NCBI GenBank assembly: GCA_028534125.1 | Contig: CM052817.1 | Span: forward strand, 65,722,001-65,786,000 | Length of the DNA: 64,000 nucleotides | DNA from: Lama glama | Taxonomy: Eukaryota | Reading direction: 5' to 3' | Part shown: positions 37,550 to 50,000 of the stretch, piece after piece | How the letters are laid out: each line of letters starts with the position of its first letter | Position numbering within the stretch: the first letter of the stretch is position 1 | Made by a program: the position numbers and the translations under genes | The notes under the pieces: model-generated | What the model was told of the DNA's origin: nothing | Seen by the model: only the letters and a program-made list of their open reading frames with translations | Databases searched by the model: none

Positions 37550-37875
37550 GACTTTGTGTGAAAATAGGTGTTAAATCCTAGCTTTATTACTGCCTACCTG
37601 AGTGAGCTTGATCGAGTTACTTGATTCCTTGTGTTTCGACTTCCTCATCTTTAAAACAGAATGAATATTTTTGTATTATGAGATAATAAGTGAGATAAAA
37701 TAAGAAAGTAAATAAATAAAATAAAATGAGATAATCTAAGGAAAATCACCCTGAATACATTAAAGGGTTTATCTAAGGTGGTTACTATTTTTCTTTAGCA
37801 CCTAACACAGTGCCTGACCAAGTAGGTAGTCAATAAATATTTGATCAGTGAGTAGATGGTTGAATGAATAAATGA
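37550..37875 (+). mobile_element. MIR followed by an L2 3' tail
   Basis: AAATCCTAGCTTTATTACT...TTCCTCATCTTTAAAA; CTTAGCACCTAACACAGTGCCTGACC...CAATAAATATTTG...TGAATGAATAAATGA. Confidence 0.75.
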
Positions 37876-38183
37876 CAACCATTGGCCTTCAAATTATCTG
37901 TTGAGATTTAGATTGGTGCCACAAGAGCCCATGTTTACCAGACTAGATCTTCTACTTGGAACTTTTTCATTTTCTTAGTTACCTATGTGTTAAAGACTAT
38001 TATTTTATTTTTAAATATTGAAGTAGCTGTAACTTGAATTCTTTGAGCCAATAATTAATAGCAATTTAATGTGTCATTGTGAAAGCATCTAGAGGAGACA
38101 CACAATACCCTCTCAATGAAAGGAGTTTTCCTTCTTCTGTCTTTTCTTCTCTTCCCTAAAGAAGTTCACATTTAGTGGATGCA

Positions 38184-38586
38184 TCAGTCAGTATAGTTAA
38201 CATACTGTGGTTAAAAAAAAAAATCTCCAAAATTTCAGAGTCTTCAGACAAGTAGGCTTTATTTCTTACTCATGGTACATGTCTATTACGGGTCTCTTAG
38301 GAGCTCTGCTTCTTGTAGTTATTCACGGGCCCAGGCTGATAGAGCAGGTATCATCTCAAACTTCTCCAGCTGCTGTGCCAAAGCGATATTGTTCTGGAGG
38401 GGCTCATATTAGCAACTAGATGCACAAGCTGGAAGTGACAAACATCACATCTGCTCACAACTCACTGGCCAGAACTAGTCACATGACCCCACCCAATCAC
38501 AAGTGGCACGGGAAGCACAATCCTGCCACATCCCCAGGATGCAGAGGACCAGAACTACTTGGAAAGCTGTACTGACAACCATCATA
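38184..38586 (-). mobile_element. MLT1J/K-like MaLR LTR
   Basis: TTTATTTCTTACTCATG...GGAAGTGACAAACATCACATCTGCTCACAACTCACTGGCCAGAACTAGTCACATGACCCCACCCAA. Confidence 0.8.
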
Positions 38587-38899
38587 GTAGAGGCACAAAT
38601 GACGATTGTTGGGGACAATCTAAACCTGCCCTTAACTCATTCCATCACTGAAAAATCTTGCTTCAAGCCAAGCAAAATCTTCCCCATGTTTATTCTGAGG
38701 AGAAAGAGAAGCAAGAGATGGGGGAGAGAGATGGTTAGGAAAAAATGAAGAAAGAGAGCGAGAAGTGAAAGATAAACAAACAAACAAAAAAAGTCAGGAA
38801 GAAAAGCGGAAAGGTAGAAACGGAATAAATCAAAGAAAATAAAATTATTCCAGAATATTCATCATCAATGAAAGGGTATATGTAGCCTTAGCATTTTTA

Positions 38900-40500
38900 G
38901 AGACTACAATTTCTCTTGGGAATTTCCAGAGTTACCAGGGATTTTTAGCTTTTTTATTTATTGTTTCCTAAACAAACAGTAAAAATTAATATTTGAACAT
39001 GTGACTATTTTCAGAGTAATTTTAGTGACATCATACTGTGGGGTAGTTATTATAATTCCTATAATATAAACACCAAGCTTGAGGTCCCGAGCCTGAGAGG
39101 TTTAGTGAGAAGCTACTCCACTGGTGGACAATTTAGTGGTGTGGCAAGTCATGAGTGGAGGAGTGCAGAAGGGTAAAAGAGAAAGAAGTAGAGTGAAAAG
39201 AAATAAAAAAGGAGATTGGATGGTCCCAAAAAAATGACCCGCGGACCAGAAAACCCTGACTCCTAGGTTGGTATTGTAAAATAGCAGAGCAGTTTCTGGT
39301 TTGTGAGTTCTCTGACCACTTTAAACTTCAGGTGGCATTCTCGACGATCTCAAAGCTGTAAGAGTAATCAGGGCAAGTAGTTAAAGACGATAAAGCATGA
39401 GTCGAATTTTCCCAGGACTTGCTCAGAGCACAGGGCACAGGAAAGCAAGCTGCAGGGAAGCCGCCTGTGCCAGCGCCCTGCTGGGGGAGCCCTGGGAGCC
39501 AAGATGTCGAAGAAGGACTTCAACCTGCGACCTTGGTCACTGCCAGGAGCAGCAGATGGCCCTTGCCGGACAGGGATGCCCGTTAGCCTGGGATACTTGC
39601 TCACAAAGAACAGCCTGGCAGTGTTCAGTATTTCTCCCTAGATTCAGCTACTCTGAATGGGCCCAAGAAGCGCGGCAAAGACCAAGAAAAAAATATATAC
39701 ATATATATAAAACGTTAGTTTCAGTGCAGTTTGCCCAGGGTGTAGACGGTTGTTAATCCTCTGATGTATGTTTTCTAAATCTGTATTTTATTTTTGTATC
39801 TCTGCTTTTCCTAAAAAGATTTCTTTCAAATCCTCAAATATTTAAGTATTTGAAGTAAAATAATATTTTGGAGGGGAGATTTCCATTTTTTGCTGGAAGG
39901 AAACTTTTCCGGGGAAGAAGTTTTTTGGCAGCTGGTCCCTTGACAAATATCTGAAGAGCCAATTGCTGTGTGTAATTTTAAAAGTTGAAAAACTGATGAT
40001 AATTTTATGGCTTCATTAACCTCGTAGCACCGCCGGTGTGTTCTCACAGAACACTGGGAGCGGGTGGAGACGGGGGAAAGCGGGTTCCTGGGAGCCTCCC
40101 CCAAGGGAGAGTCTCTGTGAATGTTTCCACTTGAGCTGTGTTACTAACTCAGCCCAGGGCAGAGCCCTGAAATGGGGGCACAACCCGCAGAAGGGGCGAC
40201 CTGCTCCCTCTCTCCTCCTGACTCCATTCCCCGCCCCCTTGCTCCTGCTGAGGGCCCGGCCTCAGGTTGGCAAAGCCTGAGCATGACTGTCAGGAAATCA
40301 CGCACTTTTCCCACCCACCTAGGGCACTGCCCACAGGCCTGTCATATGCTGCTGGATCTAGGAAAGATCCTCTGCCCAGGACTTGGAAAGACAAAATCTC
40401 TGGAAATTCCACGTCAAATGTTCATGGAGCAAATCAACTTGGGGGTGAGGTTTTCAAAATGTTCTCCTCCCCCACCCCCCGCCCCTAGCACAGTGCATAA
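38900..40500. promoter_or_regulatory. Candidate enhancer or orphan CpG-rich element
   Basis: Locally raised GC and retained CpGs in unique sequence. Perfect kappaB site GGGAATTTCC 38918-38927 and other kappaB/STAT-like motifs. Confidence 0.4.
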
Positions 40501-40729
40501 GAAACAGAGCAGATGGGTAGGCATTTGAAATGTCACTCTTGTAGTCTAGCCAGTTTCCTCCTAACCATGAGATACCAAAGAGCAGAAGAGAATGTTCTCT
40601 CAGCCACGATTTTGTGCAATAACTTTTTATGGGCTTGGGACCTGAAGTTGAAGCACGTATTCCAATCAGTGCTAGATACTTTTTTTAGATGGTAAAATTT
40701 ACTAGGACGTGCTATGCGAAGTGGGGTCC

Positions 40730-40872
40730 TGGAACCAAAAGCAAGGACATGTGGGAGCATGTTAGCAGTGCAGAATCTGAAGCCATAGCCCAGATTTCCT
40801 GAACTACAATCCTTATTTTGGCAACATCCCTAGGTGATTTATATACACATGAAAGTTTGAGAAGCAGTGCTC
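40730..40872. mobile_element. MER5A-like hAT-Charlie fragment
   Basis: GTGCAGAATCT...CAACATCCCTAGGTGATTTATATACACATGAAAGTTTGAGAAGCAGTG. Confidence 0.75.
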
Positions 40873-41119
40873 TGCGACACACTTATACACTTTGGAATAT
40901 ATGGGACAATTGACAGAACAAAGGATTTGAAATCGAAAGATGGGCTCAGGTACTTGGTGAGGGGGAGCATATATACATAGACACTAAGTTCCCAGGTGAG
41001 GCAGAGAAAGGAAAGCAAAACAGAGGCAGCAGCAATGGGGTCTCAGGCAAATCACCCCATCATTCTCAAAGCCTCAAAACTGAAGTACGGTGGTACCAAT
41101 TTAAGTTCATTTACTTTAC

Positions 41120-41345
41120 AAATATTTAGATAGCAGTTACTATGTGCCAGGGACAGTTCTGAGCAATTTACAAATATTAATTCATGTAACCCTTATCATA
41201 ACAAACCCTTGAAGCAAGTACTAGTAATAGCCTCATTTTACCAAGAAAGGGACTGAGACCCATGGAAGTTAAATAATTTGCCCTAGCTTCCTGTCAGGAG
41301 ATAGCAAATCTGGGACTCAAACCATCAAAGTTCTGGTTAAGTCTG
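41120..41345 (-). mobile_element. MIR SINE
   Basis: TACTATGTGCCAGGGACAGTTCTGAGC...CCTCATTTTACCAAGAAAGGGACTGAGACC...AAGTTAAATAATTTGCCC. Confidence 0.85.
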
Positions 41346-43849
41346 GGTCTGAAACAATAATCTCAATTATTTCTCAAATGGCAGACAGAAGTGGTTTGAA
41401 TCCAAGCATTCCAAATTGAGTTTTTAAAATTTCCTATGTTACATATTTTGTAAGAATGTGTGTTACTTTTGCTTTCTACTTCATTATATAACATGTTTGT
41501 TTTAACACAAAGATAATTCTTTGATTTATCTTCCCCTGGATGAAACTGACGTCTCTCGCATGTAGCTTCACATAACCATGCGGGTGACCATGCTTGAAAA
41601 GTACAGACTTAAAACTCCCTGGGGACCGTCCACAGCTAACCACAGCCCCGTGGCTGAGCCCTACTCCAATGTTACTACACCTTGAAGGTTCTTCTAGGCT
41701 GAGGGAGAGGTTTCCAAACCACAACTTCCATTTGAAATCACAGGTATTTAAGGAAGAATCTAGCTAAGATGAACTGCAGTTTGATGGAGCCAATTCTAAC
41801 TTGGAGAAACTTATAAAAGAAATTCTTGCTTGATTAATTGTTGCTGTTGTTCATACTGTTCATAAAATGCACTGTTAATTTATACCTCCAGTATTCTTGC
41901 AAATCTTGCTTACGGCTTACAGTTTTTGAAGACCAAAAAATATATATGTTTACACATTATGATGCCACCCATTTGGTTACAATTTTAATCATCATTAATC
42001 TAGTTCTTACCAAATATTCAAATATTTGATCTAAACTTTAGATGTAGGCAAAAGTCAAATAATGGCTGTTATCAAAGATTTCAGAAAACTCCTTAGTGGA
42101 TCATTTATTTTCTTCAATAGAAAAAGTACACATATTTTCTATGTATTTTCTTATAAATACAGGTATAATTAAATATTTTGCTTTGATAACAGTGTATACT
42201 CGTAAATGCTAAGCACAGCTAAGTATATAAAAATTTCTTAGTCAATATTAGGAAAAAATGAAGATCAGGAAGTCACCACAGGAAGAGCAAGACTGCTGGG
42301 TAAATGTATTTCTAGCCATTTGAGTCCTTTGGCCTTACAAACATTAGGGAAAAATCAAAATCCCACCCATTGTACTGTATAGCCTGCACCAGGGAGAAGG
42401 AGCTGGACATGGATATAAGCGTGAGAACAAAAGTAAAAGGAAGATCACCTCTTTCTCCCAGACACCCCGGAGCAACCTTAGCCTGCTGGTTAAGAGCATG
42501 GACTCAGGTTCAACCAGCCTGGCTGGGTGACTCATTTTCCCACATACTAGTTGTGATTTCATAGAGTTGTTTCAAAATTAAACAAAAATGTGCTCATAAA
42601 ACACTAAACACAACCCTGCCCCATGGCAGGACCTCAGTAATTGCTACTTATATGGCTGTGTGATTTTTCCTGAATTTACAAAACAGCACTCTGCATTTCC
42701 CAGACACTCAAACACTCCAGCCCCTAACAAAAGATTTATTGGTCAGTGGTCATTCGTTTAACTGAGAAGCCAATTTAACAAGGAGAGCCTTAGTTAACAT
42801 TTTTGTGTCAAGAAACATGGGTTTAGACCTTCTCTGGAGAGACCACAGTAAGAAACATTGGCCTTGGGTGGGGAATATTTAATTATTGTCCCCCTTAGTG
42901 AGCCAACAAATATTTACTGTGCACCCACTCAGCTCACCACTGTCTGTAGAGGATACAAAGATTCATGGCTCCTGATTTTTAAGACCAAACATTCTTTGAC
43001 AGATAAAACATGTTTTTAAAAAAATCTCTGATTTAAGGCTTCACATGACAAATGCTAGAGGTGTATGTCAGTGAAAGTTCTAAAGAAGGTGAGATTCTGT
43101 TCAAGGCCAATGGGATTGGCTTCAAAGGGAAGCAGGACACAGCTGGGCTGGACTTCCCAATAAAGGAATCCAAACCCTTCACCGCGGCCCCCCAGCCCCA
43201 CCCAGCACAGCTACCCCTCTTTGCCGTCAACTGGAATCAGCTTCCCTGAGCTCTGCCCTTTTGCCTACAAGTTTGTTCAGCCTCAAGACCTGTATACCTG
43301 CTGTCACTTCTCCAAGAATGTTTTGCCCCTAGTTCGTGGTATGGGTAAGTCCTTTGAGTCGGTTTTGGGCCAGGTGTCTGCTGAATTCAGTTCTCTCTCC
43401 TCTTCACTAGTTGGCTTTCTTTGCTTCCTCACAGTTTCTATTTTTCATGACAATGTCCAGCTTGTGGTTGATTTCGGTTGATAAGTTTCCAGCTTTGGCT
43501 TGACATGATTTTCATTCTAGCCACAAATTGATGGAACAGTCTCTATGTCTCTTAGCTTAAATTCTCAAAACAAGCCTTCCTACCTGACATTACACTATGT
43601 GCTTCTCTGGCCCAGTTGCTCATAGTCATAAGGTACGGGCTATGATTGGATAGATTGTAAAAGAGCCTCTAAGGAGGGGAGGCGATCAATCTTGTTTGAC
43701 ACTCTTGTCTACTGAAGTATTTCTTATTCTATTACTAAATTATTTTATTAATTCTATTAGTTTTAAAGTTTGCTCCTTGGGGTTTCTAAATATTCAAATG
43801 CATCATTTAAAAAAATGTATTGTTTTGTTTGTGTATTTCTTAATCAATC

Positions 43850-43990
43850 AACTGGAGGATAAATAATACTGTTTCTGGACTTGTTGTGATGCTTAAATGA
43901 ATTAATACATGTAAAGCCCTCAGGATAGTACTTAGCACAGAGCAAACACTCAATAAATATTGACTATTATTATCATCATTATTATTATTG
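43850..43990 (+). mobile_element. MIR 3' fragment
   Basis: TTGTTGTGATGCTTAAATGAATTAATACATGTAAAGCCCTCAGGATAGTACTTAGCACAGAGCAAACACTCAATAAATAT. Confidence 0.8.
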
Positions 43991-44279
43991 TTATTAATTT
44001 TCATGACATGCATGGTCTTTCATAAGACTTTAAAATTTGGAATAATATATGAGAATTATTACTTATCAGAAATGTGAAAATGTAAGACATGGTAGATTTT
44101 TAAATGTCAAATTATAAGTGGGTGATTTTTGTTAGATAAACTGAAAGAACTATTAAATTTAAAAACTGAGCACTACTTCTCAGGGAACGTATCTGCTTCC
44201 TTTCCTACCTTCTTTTAACCATTATGATCGACATTCACTAAGCACCTATGACTTGCCAGGCGTTAATCCACATGGTGGG

Positions 44280-44701
44280 CATCTTAGATGGGGTCCCCCG
44301 AGAAGTAGACCCTAAGATAAAAAATATGAGTGTAAATAATTTGAGCTTATTTAAGTGACTTCAGAAAGCACTGGTAAGGGCATTGGGAAAATGAGACAGA
44401 GAGGAAAGGAAGCTAGTAAAAGGGGTTAGTGAGCAGGTTACTGCTCAGAGCAATGTCGCTCAACCCCACCAGGAGCTCCGGGAGCCAGGAAGGAATGTCT
44501 CCGAGTCACTTCAACCCAGGGGCAAGGTTGCTGCTCCTGGGAGGTGTCACCTCCTGGCGCTTCCAGCCAGTCGAGCACATAGACCACTGGACTCCTGTCA
44601 CCAGAGAAAGCCAAAGGCCAAGAGTCCACACTAACAGCTGGGGTGCTCATGTGAGCCTGCGAGAAGACATGGACAGGAAAACGACAGCCTCAGCTCCCAC
44701 A
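44280..44701 (-). mobile_element. LTR16-like ERVL solo LTR
   Basis: TCTTAGATGGGGTCCCCCGAGAAGTAGACCCTAAGATAA...GAGCAGGTTACTGCT...ends GACAGCCTCAGCTCCCACA. Confidence 0.7.
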
Positions 44702-45189
44702 AGGATTCCAAGATGGTTTCCCCCTTCAGAACACTCCTAGCTCTGCAGAGAAATTAAGAAGAAGAAAAAAAAATTCTACGAACTACCTAATTGCTTGTGA
44801 CACGTTTTTCTGCAGAGTATTTAATAAATTGCCTAGACACTTTTATAAAGCTCACAATTAAAAAGCGAACCATGAAAAATCGCTACTTAAACAGTTTACT
44901 GAGAGTCTGTGGGCTAAGATTATACAAAATTTGCTATGATGAAACTGACTTTATGGCAAATTCTTAACCATTGCAAATATTAGCTATCTTTTAGGGTTGC
45001 TTTGCTGGTAAAGTTAAAGAAGATAAAGAAGATTTGAAATACTTAAGACAGTGCCTAACTCATGTAATCATTCAATATGCGCTTACAAAATATAAGCTCC
45101 ATATATATTCATAGTTAAAATAATAAAATAGTAAAAATAAAATAACACTTCTGAGCTATGTATGATAAATTGTATCATTATTCAAAAAT

Positions 45190-45515
45190 ATTTGCTGACC
45201 CTTCCTCATAGGAGGATTATACTTCAGCCTTGACCACTCAATTGTTTTAATCAATGAAATGTAAGTGGAAGTAACATGAAACACTTTCAGGAAAAAATTT
45301 AAGAGGCATCATTTGGTCCACCATTGCTCTCTTCTCTCTACTGCAAAACCAGCACACTCCAGACCAATGCCGCTCTTTCGTCCTAGATTTCAGAATGAAG
45401 ACAAAATAGGACATCAAGCTGACCCACAAGCAAGAAATGATCCTGTTATTGAAAGCTACTAAGATTTAGGGGCTGCTTACTATTGTAAAATAACTCAGGC
45501 GAAGCTGACTGATAA
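45190..45515 (+). mobile_element. MLT1I/J-like MaLR LTR
   Basis: AATGAAATGTAAGTGGAAGTAACATG...AAGCTACTAAGATTTAGGGGCTGCTTACTATTGTAAAATAAC. Confidence 0.65.
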
Positions 45516-46319
45516 AACATGAATGGAAAAAAACCCACATTCATGCCTATAATGTGTATTCTAAATTCTCGGAACACAAAAGGAATAATCTGGTCAAATG
45601 AGAAGGTTCTAATGTCCCTGGAGAAGAAAACAACAAAAAGTATTTAAGTAGCCATAGGTATAAGGTTTAATGCAGTGGGTCTCAAAACTATCTGAACTCT
45701 TGCCCAATATTTAGAAAAATCAGTTCTTTAATACATTGAAAAGGAATTTATCTGTTATGACCCAATATCCCACATAGCTTTTTAAAAATTCTAAACAATA
45801 TCCAATTTTTAAAAGGAGAAATAAAAGGAAAATAACTTACAAAGTAATATATAATTCAATTTTATTATAATAAGATGTATTTCAATATGTAAATATACAG
45901 ATGTGACTATACTTAAAAACACCTATATAATCCAAAAGAAGTACAAGAAAATGAAAATTCAGAGATCCAAGAGGCTAACTTGAATAAAGCCCAGTGATAA
46001 GACATACATATCTTATATAACATATAATAACAGAGCAGACTTGTTACTATGAAAAAGAGAAAAAATAACCTTGATTGAGGTAGCAATAACATGAAATAAA
46101 TTATAGACTGTCCATTAAAGAAAATGCAGAAGTGTATGTTTCACAAATAAGCTGGAACTTACAACTCTTGTGTCTTACTTATAACTCTTACATCAGAATG
46201 ATTCACTTTTTATAACATGTTAAAGGTAATTTAAAAAAAAAACCATCACAGAAAATATATCTCATTTTAAAATCTCAATACATATCAATGCATAAATATA
46301 CCTTTTTATATAAAAAGAC

Positions 46320-46670
46320 CTTGGGCATACAATTGAATACTACTCAGCAATAAAAAGGAACAAACTACTGATACATGCAACACTTTAGTTCAATCTTAAA
46401 GGCGTCATCCTTAGTAAAAACAAGACCTCTATTGACATTACTGGAGAACAGATTACTCATTGTCAGGAGTTCAGAATCAGAGAAGGGTTATGACTACAAA
46501 GGAGGAGCCTAAGGGAGTTTTTTTGAGTAATGAAACTATTCTTTATCCTGACTGTGGTGGTTGGTCACCTTGAATCAATTCTGTGTTAAAACGCATACTG
46601 CTATACACCAACAAACAAACAAACAAACAAAACCAAAAAAGGCAACTTGACTGTACAGTAATTTAAAAAA
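46320..46670 (+). mobile_element. L1M 3' UTR fragment
   Basis: GAATACTACTCAGCAATAAAAAGGAACAAACTACTGATACATGCAACA...GAAACTATTCTTTATCCTGACTGTGGTGGT. Confidence 0.8.
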
Positions 46671-46679
46671 GAGAATCAT

Positions 46680-46720
46680 TGTATTAGTCAGGGGTCTCTA
46701 CAGAAGCAGAATCAATAGGA

Positions 46721-46754
<34 letters not shown>

Positions 46755-47091
46755 CGTGCGCGTGCACATGCGTGCATGTGTCTGTGTATGTATTTATTAT
46801 AAGGACTGTCTTGTCTGATTATGAAGGATGACAAGTCCAAAGCTGAGTGTGAGTTGTCAATCTGGAGACCAAGGAGAGTCAATGGTACAGATGAAATATG
46901 AAGACAGTCTGCTGAAGAATTTCCTCTTGCTCAAGGAGGCTGATCTCTTTGTTCTATTCATACCTTCAGTTGACTGGATGAGGTTCACCCGCATTATGGG
47001 GGCCAATTTGTCTTACCCAAATTCACCAAATTAAACATTAATCTCATTCAAAATCACCCTTCAAATTGACACATAAAAATTAACCATAACA
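46680..47091 (-). mobile_element. MLT2-like ERVL solo LTR
   Basis: TGTATTAGTCAGGGGTCTCTACAGAAGCAGAATCAATAGGA...AATTGACACATAAAAATTAACCATAACA, with exact 5-bp TSD ATCAT (46675-46679, 47092-47096). Confidence 0.9.
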
Positions 47092-50000
47092 ATCATGGGA
47101 GCCATATCCTTCAATAAGCAATGGGAAATTGATGGTGGAATGGAAAAAAAAAGTAATTTAAGAGGTATAGTCAAGTCAGGAAGCATCCCAATCATAAATG
47201 AATGTCATGTGCCTTTCATGTTTCTTATCATTTGACTCCAACATGTAAAGAGTATGTGATAGAAAGAAAAGTTTTTAAAACAGACTTTATTCATGAAACT
47301 TAGTGATAGTCCTGTATTTTGTCTATCTACACATTTCATAGCGCTAATTCTAAGTCTACTAAGGAAAGCTCTCACTTTCAAATCTTATCACAAGTAGCCC
47401 TTGCTCTATACAGTCCCTGCTTTACTGTATTACTGAAACCATGCGTTTCAGAATGATGCAAAGGGAGGCCACAGCTCCAGTATGCACAGGTTTCAAATAA
47501 CACGAGCTGTGCCTGGCAAGGACCGCCTGTACGTATCCACTGTGACGGCTACAAACACAAACTGAAATATGTATACCTATTAGCAGCTCTGATACCACAA
47601 ATAGCATTGGTGTCAGCCAAGTGAGCTTCTAAAATTGTAAATCACTCTTGGTGAATTTCCAAACAAAATAAAAAATAACCTTTTCCAGCTATGCAAAAAG
47701 GTGTTTGCATTCCTGGAAAGTTTGGTATATATTAAAATGCACAAATAATACTTTATGTTTATATGTATAATGCTAGATTCCTGTCTGCTGAATGTCAATA
47801 GTAACCCCCTTCTCCCATATTGTGATAAACAAACATTCCCCACAAATTTCCAAAATGCTTCTAAAGAAGCAAAATACCCTCAGATGGGTAATCACCACTT
47901 ACAACCTTAAGAACTTAGTACCCACTTAAAATTCTATTACAACTAAACTTCAGGAGACCTATGTTTCTTATAAGATTGGACAAGATAAGCATCCTGAAGT
48001 TTAGGGAACTCTGGCATTTACCCCTCAGATTTAAATTGTTCGCAGGATCTTGGTCAATTAGCAACTCAGGGAGAAAGACTTCCTCGTTTCCTCATGTATT
48101 ACAGATGCTGAATAAATCTGAAATCTAAAGAAGGTAAACTTGATTTTGGTTAAAAAAATTGTAATTACTAGTTATAGTAACTCTGAAAGCTGACTTCAGT
48201 AAAATGGAAAATAATTCATTCAAAAACGACAGGTTTTCTTTAGTTCCTGTGGTTACTATTAGTTTTCTTGTTGCTACTTTACATCAGGACCAGTAAACCC
48301 GATTCTTAAGGTAATGAGCAAAGGAGAGTCATTAGGAAAGGCTATTGTCTTTAAAATAAGCTCGCCCAAGAACTGACAGAGGGTGGAAACGATGCCCTTG
48401 ACATCGCAGTAAATCCTCCATGTGTTTCAGCCCCAGGCAATAGATATGCTATTGTTTTATTTCGTCTATTTTAAAATTTTGCTTGTAAACTAAACGTCCA
48501 TGATACATTGCGAGACAGTAGAGCTGTGACCCACGTAAATGTTTTGGTAACCCATTAAAATGACGATTTACTGCTTCAGTTATGCTTCTGATAACATCAT
48601 TCATTTTGGATCATTCAATTAGTACAGACAGTGGGGTCCCTGATTATAAGACACTGTCACTATTTCTGGAAAACAAAATAAAATAGAGGCATGTGCTTCC
48701 CAATGGTTGTTTATCACTTGATAATCACAGAGTCCTTACAGCTATTCTCTATATTTCAAGAACTCCTATTTTTTTCTCAGGATCCAGCAGTTCTTTGTTT
48801 TAATTTATTTTCCTTTTAAATACCTCCCGCTATTTAAGCAATAATTCCTTCTAAATCAATTGTTAGCAGCAGTTAATGACCGGTTGGTTAATTAATAGCT
48901 CAAAGCAAAGCTGAGGGTGTTCCCTGTTCTAACAAACCACCAGACTCTAACTGGGGTATTATTGTTAACGCACCCTGTAATCATTTGCTTCTCAGCCTCA
49001 CTGCCACACATTATTTTATTTTCACGAGAAAGGGTGAGTTGAATGGAAAATAGATGACAGCATTATCAAATCAATCATAATAATATACATATTTTAAGAT
49101 TATTTGAATGTCCAGATTGATCCTTATTTCCATAGGATGTGCCAGTGGGCAGGGATGAAGTATCAGCCTGTACTGTAATTTAGGAAGCTCATTTAACCAT
49201 AGCGGTTTCCTCTCTTCAGCCTCCAAGGCTCCGAGCCTGGTGTAGCTGCAACAGCTCCATGGCATTCTGAACCTTTTCTGGTCCAAAATTGTATTCTTAA
49301 GCACTTCCCTCTCTGACAGTGAAGGGAGAGAAACTGTGCTGCACATTTTCTGCCTGATAAACACATGGTTTACTTACTGACACCAGAGATGCCTTTTGTG
49401 CAGCTAGTGGAGAGGATATGCGCTTAATAATTAGTGCAAGAAACTAAACATCAAGAGTCCTCAGTTCTATTCCTAACTTCTTCTGCCTTGCTTCATGCGA
49501 TCTCAGGGAAGTAACTTAGCAAGTCTGTGCTTCTTGTGCTAAAAATACTAACAATCGGCCAAAATTAAAGAGAAGATGAGTGTTCATCAAGACCAAAAAT
49601 GAGTCTAAAGGTGCTATGATACCCTAGAATTCTGCCATTTCTAGAAATATTTATGAACATGGTGCATGAGAATAAATGACAGGCAGATATTTTGTGATTT
49701 ACTAAAGTGATGCTTTCATTTTTTATGCCTTCTTTTCACCATCAACTCCTTGAGATAGTATTGGCAAGAGAGCTTTGGTGATAATGTCCAATCCTTTCTG
49801 TGTATTTACAAGACCCTGAGATGCCAAGGGTAAATAATACTGTGAAGGGTTAGGATATGCATAGTAGCTAATATTTTTCCTTGTAGATTTCAATGCAATA
49901 GACGATTGCTGGGTGAAACAAGATATTACTGTGGAATCATAAATCTCAAACCCCAGCTTCAAGGATTTGCTGACCACATGAGGACATGGTCTTTCACAGA

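Noticed and set aside
40039..40053. Glucocorticoid/androgen response element TGTTCTcacAGAACA
   Set aside because: The half-sites are everted relative to the canonical AGAACAnnnTGTTCT, so it is not a standard GRE.
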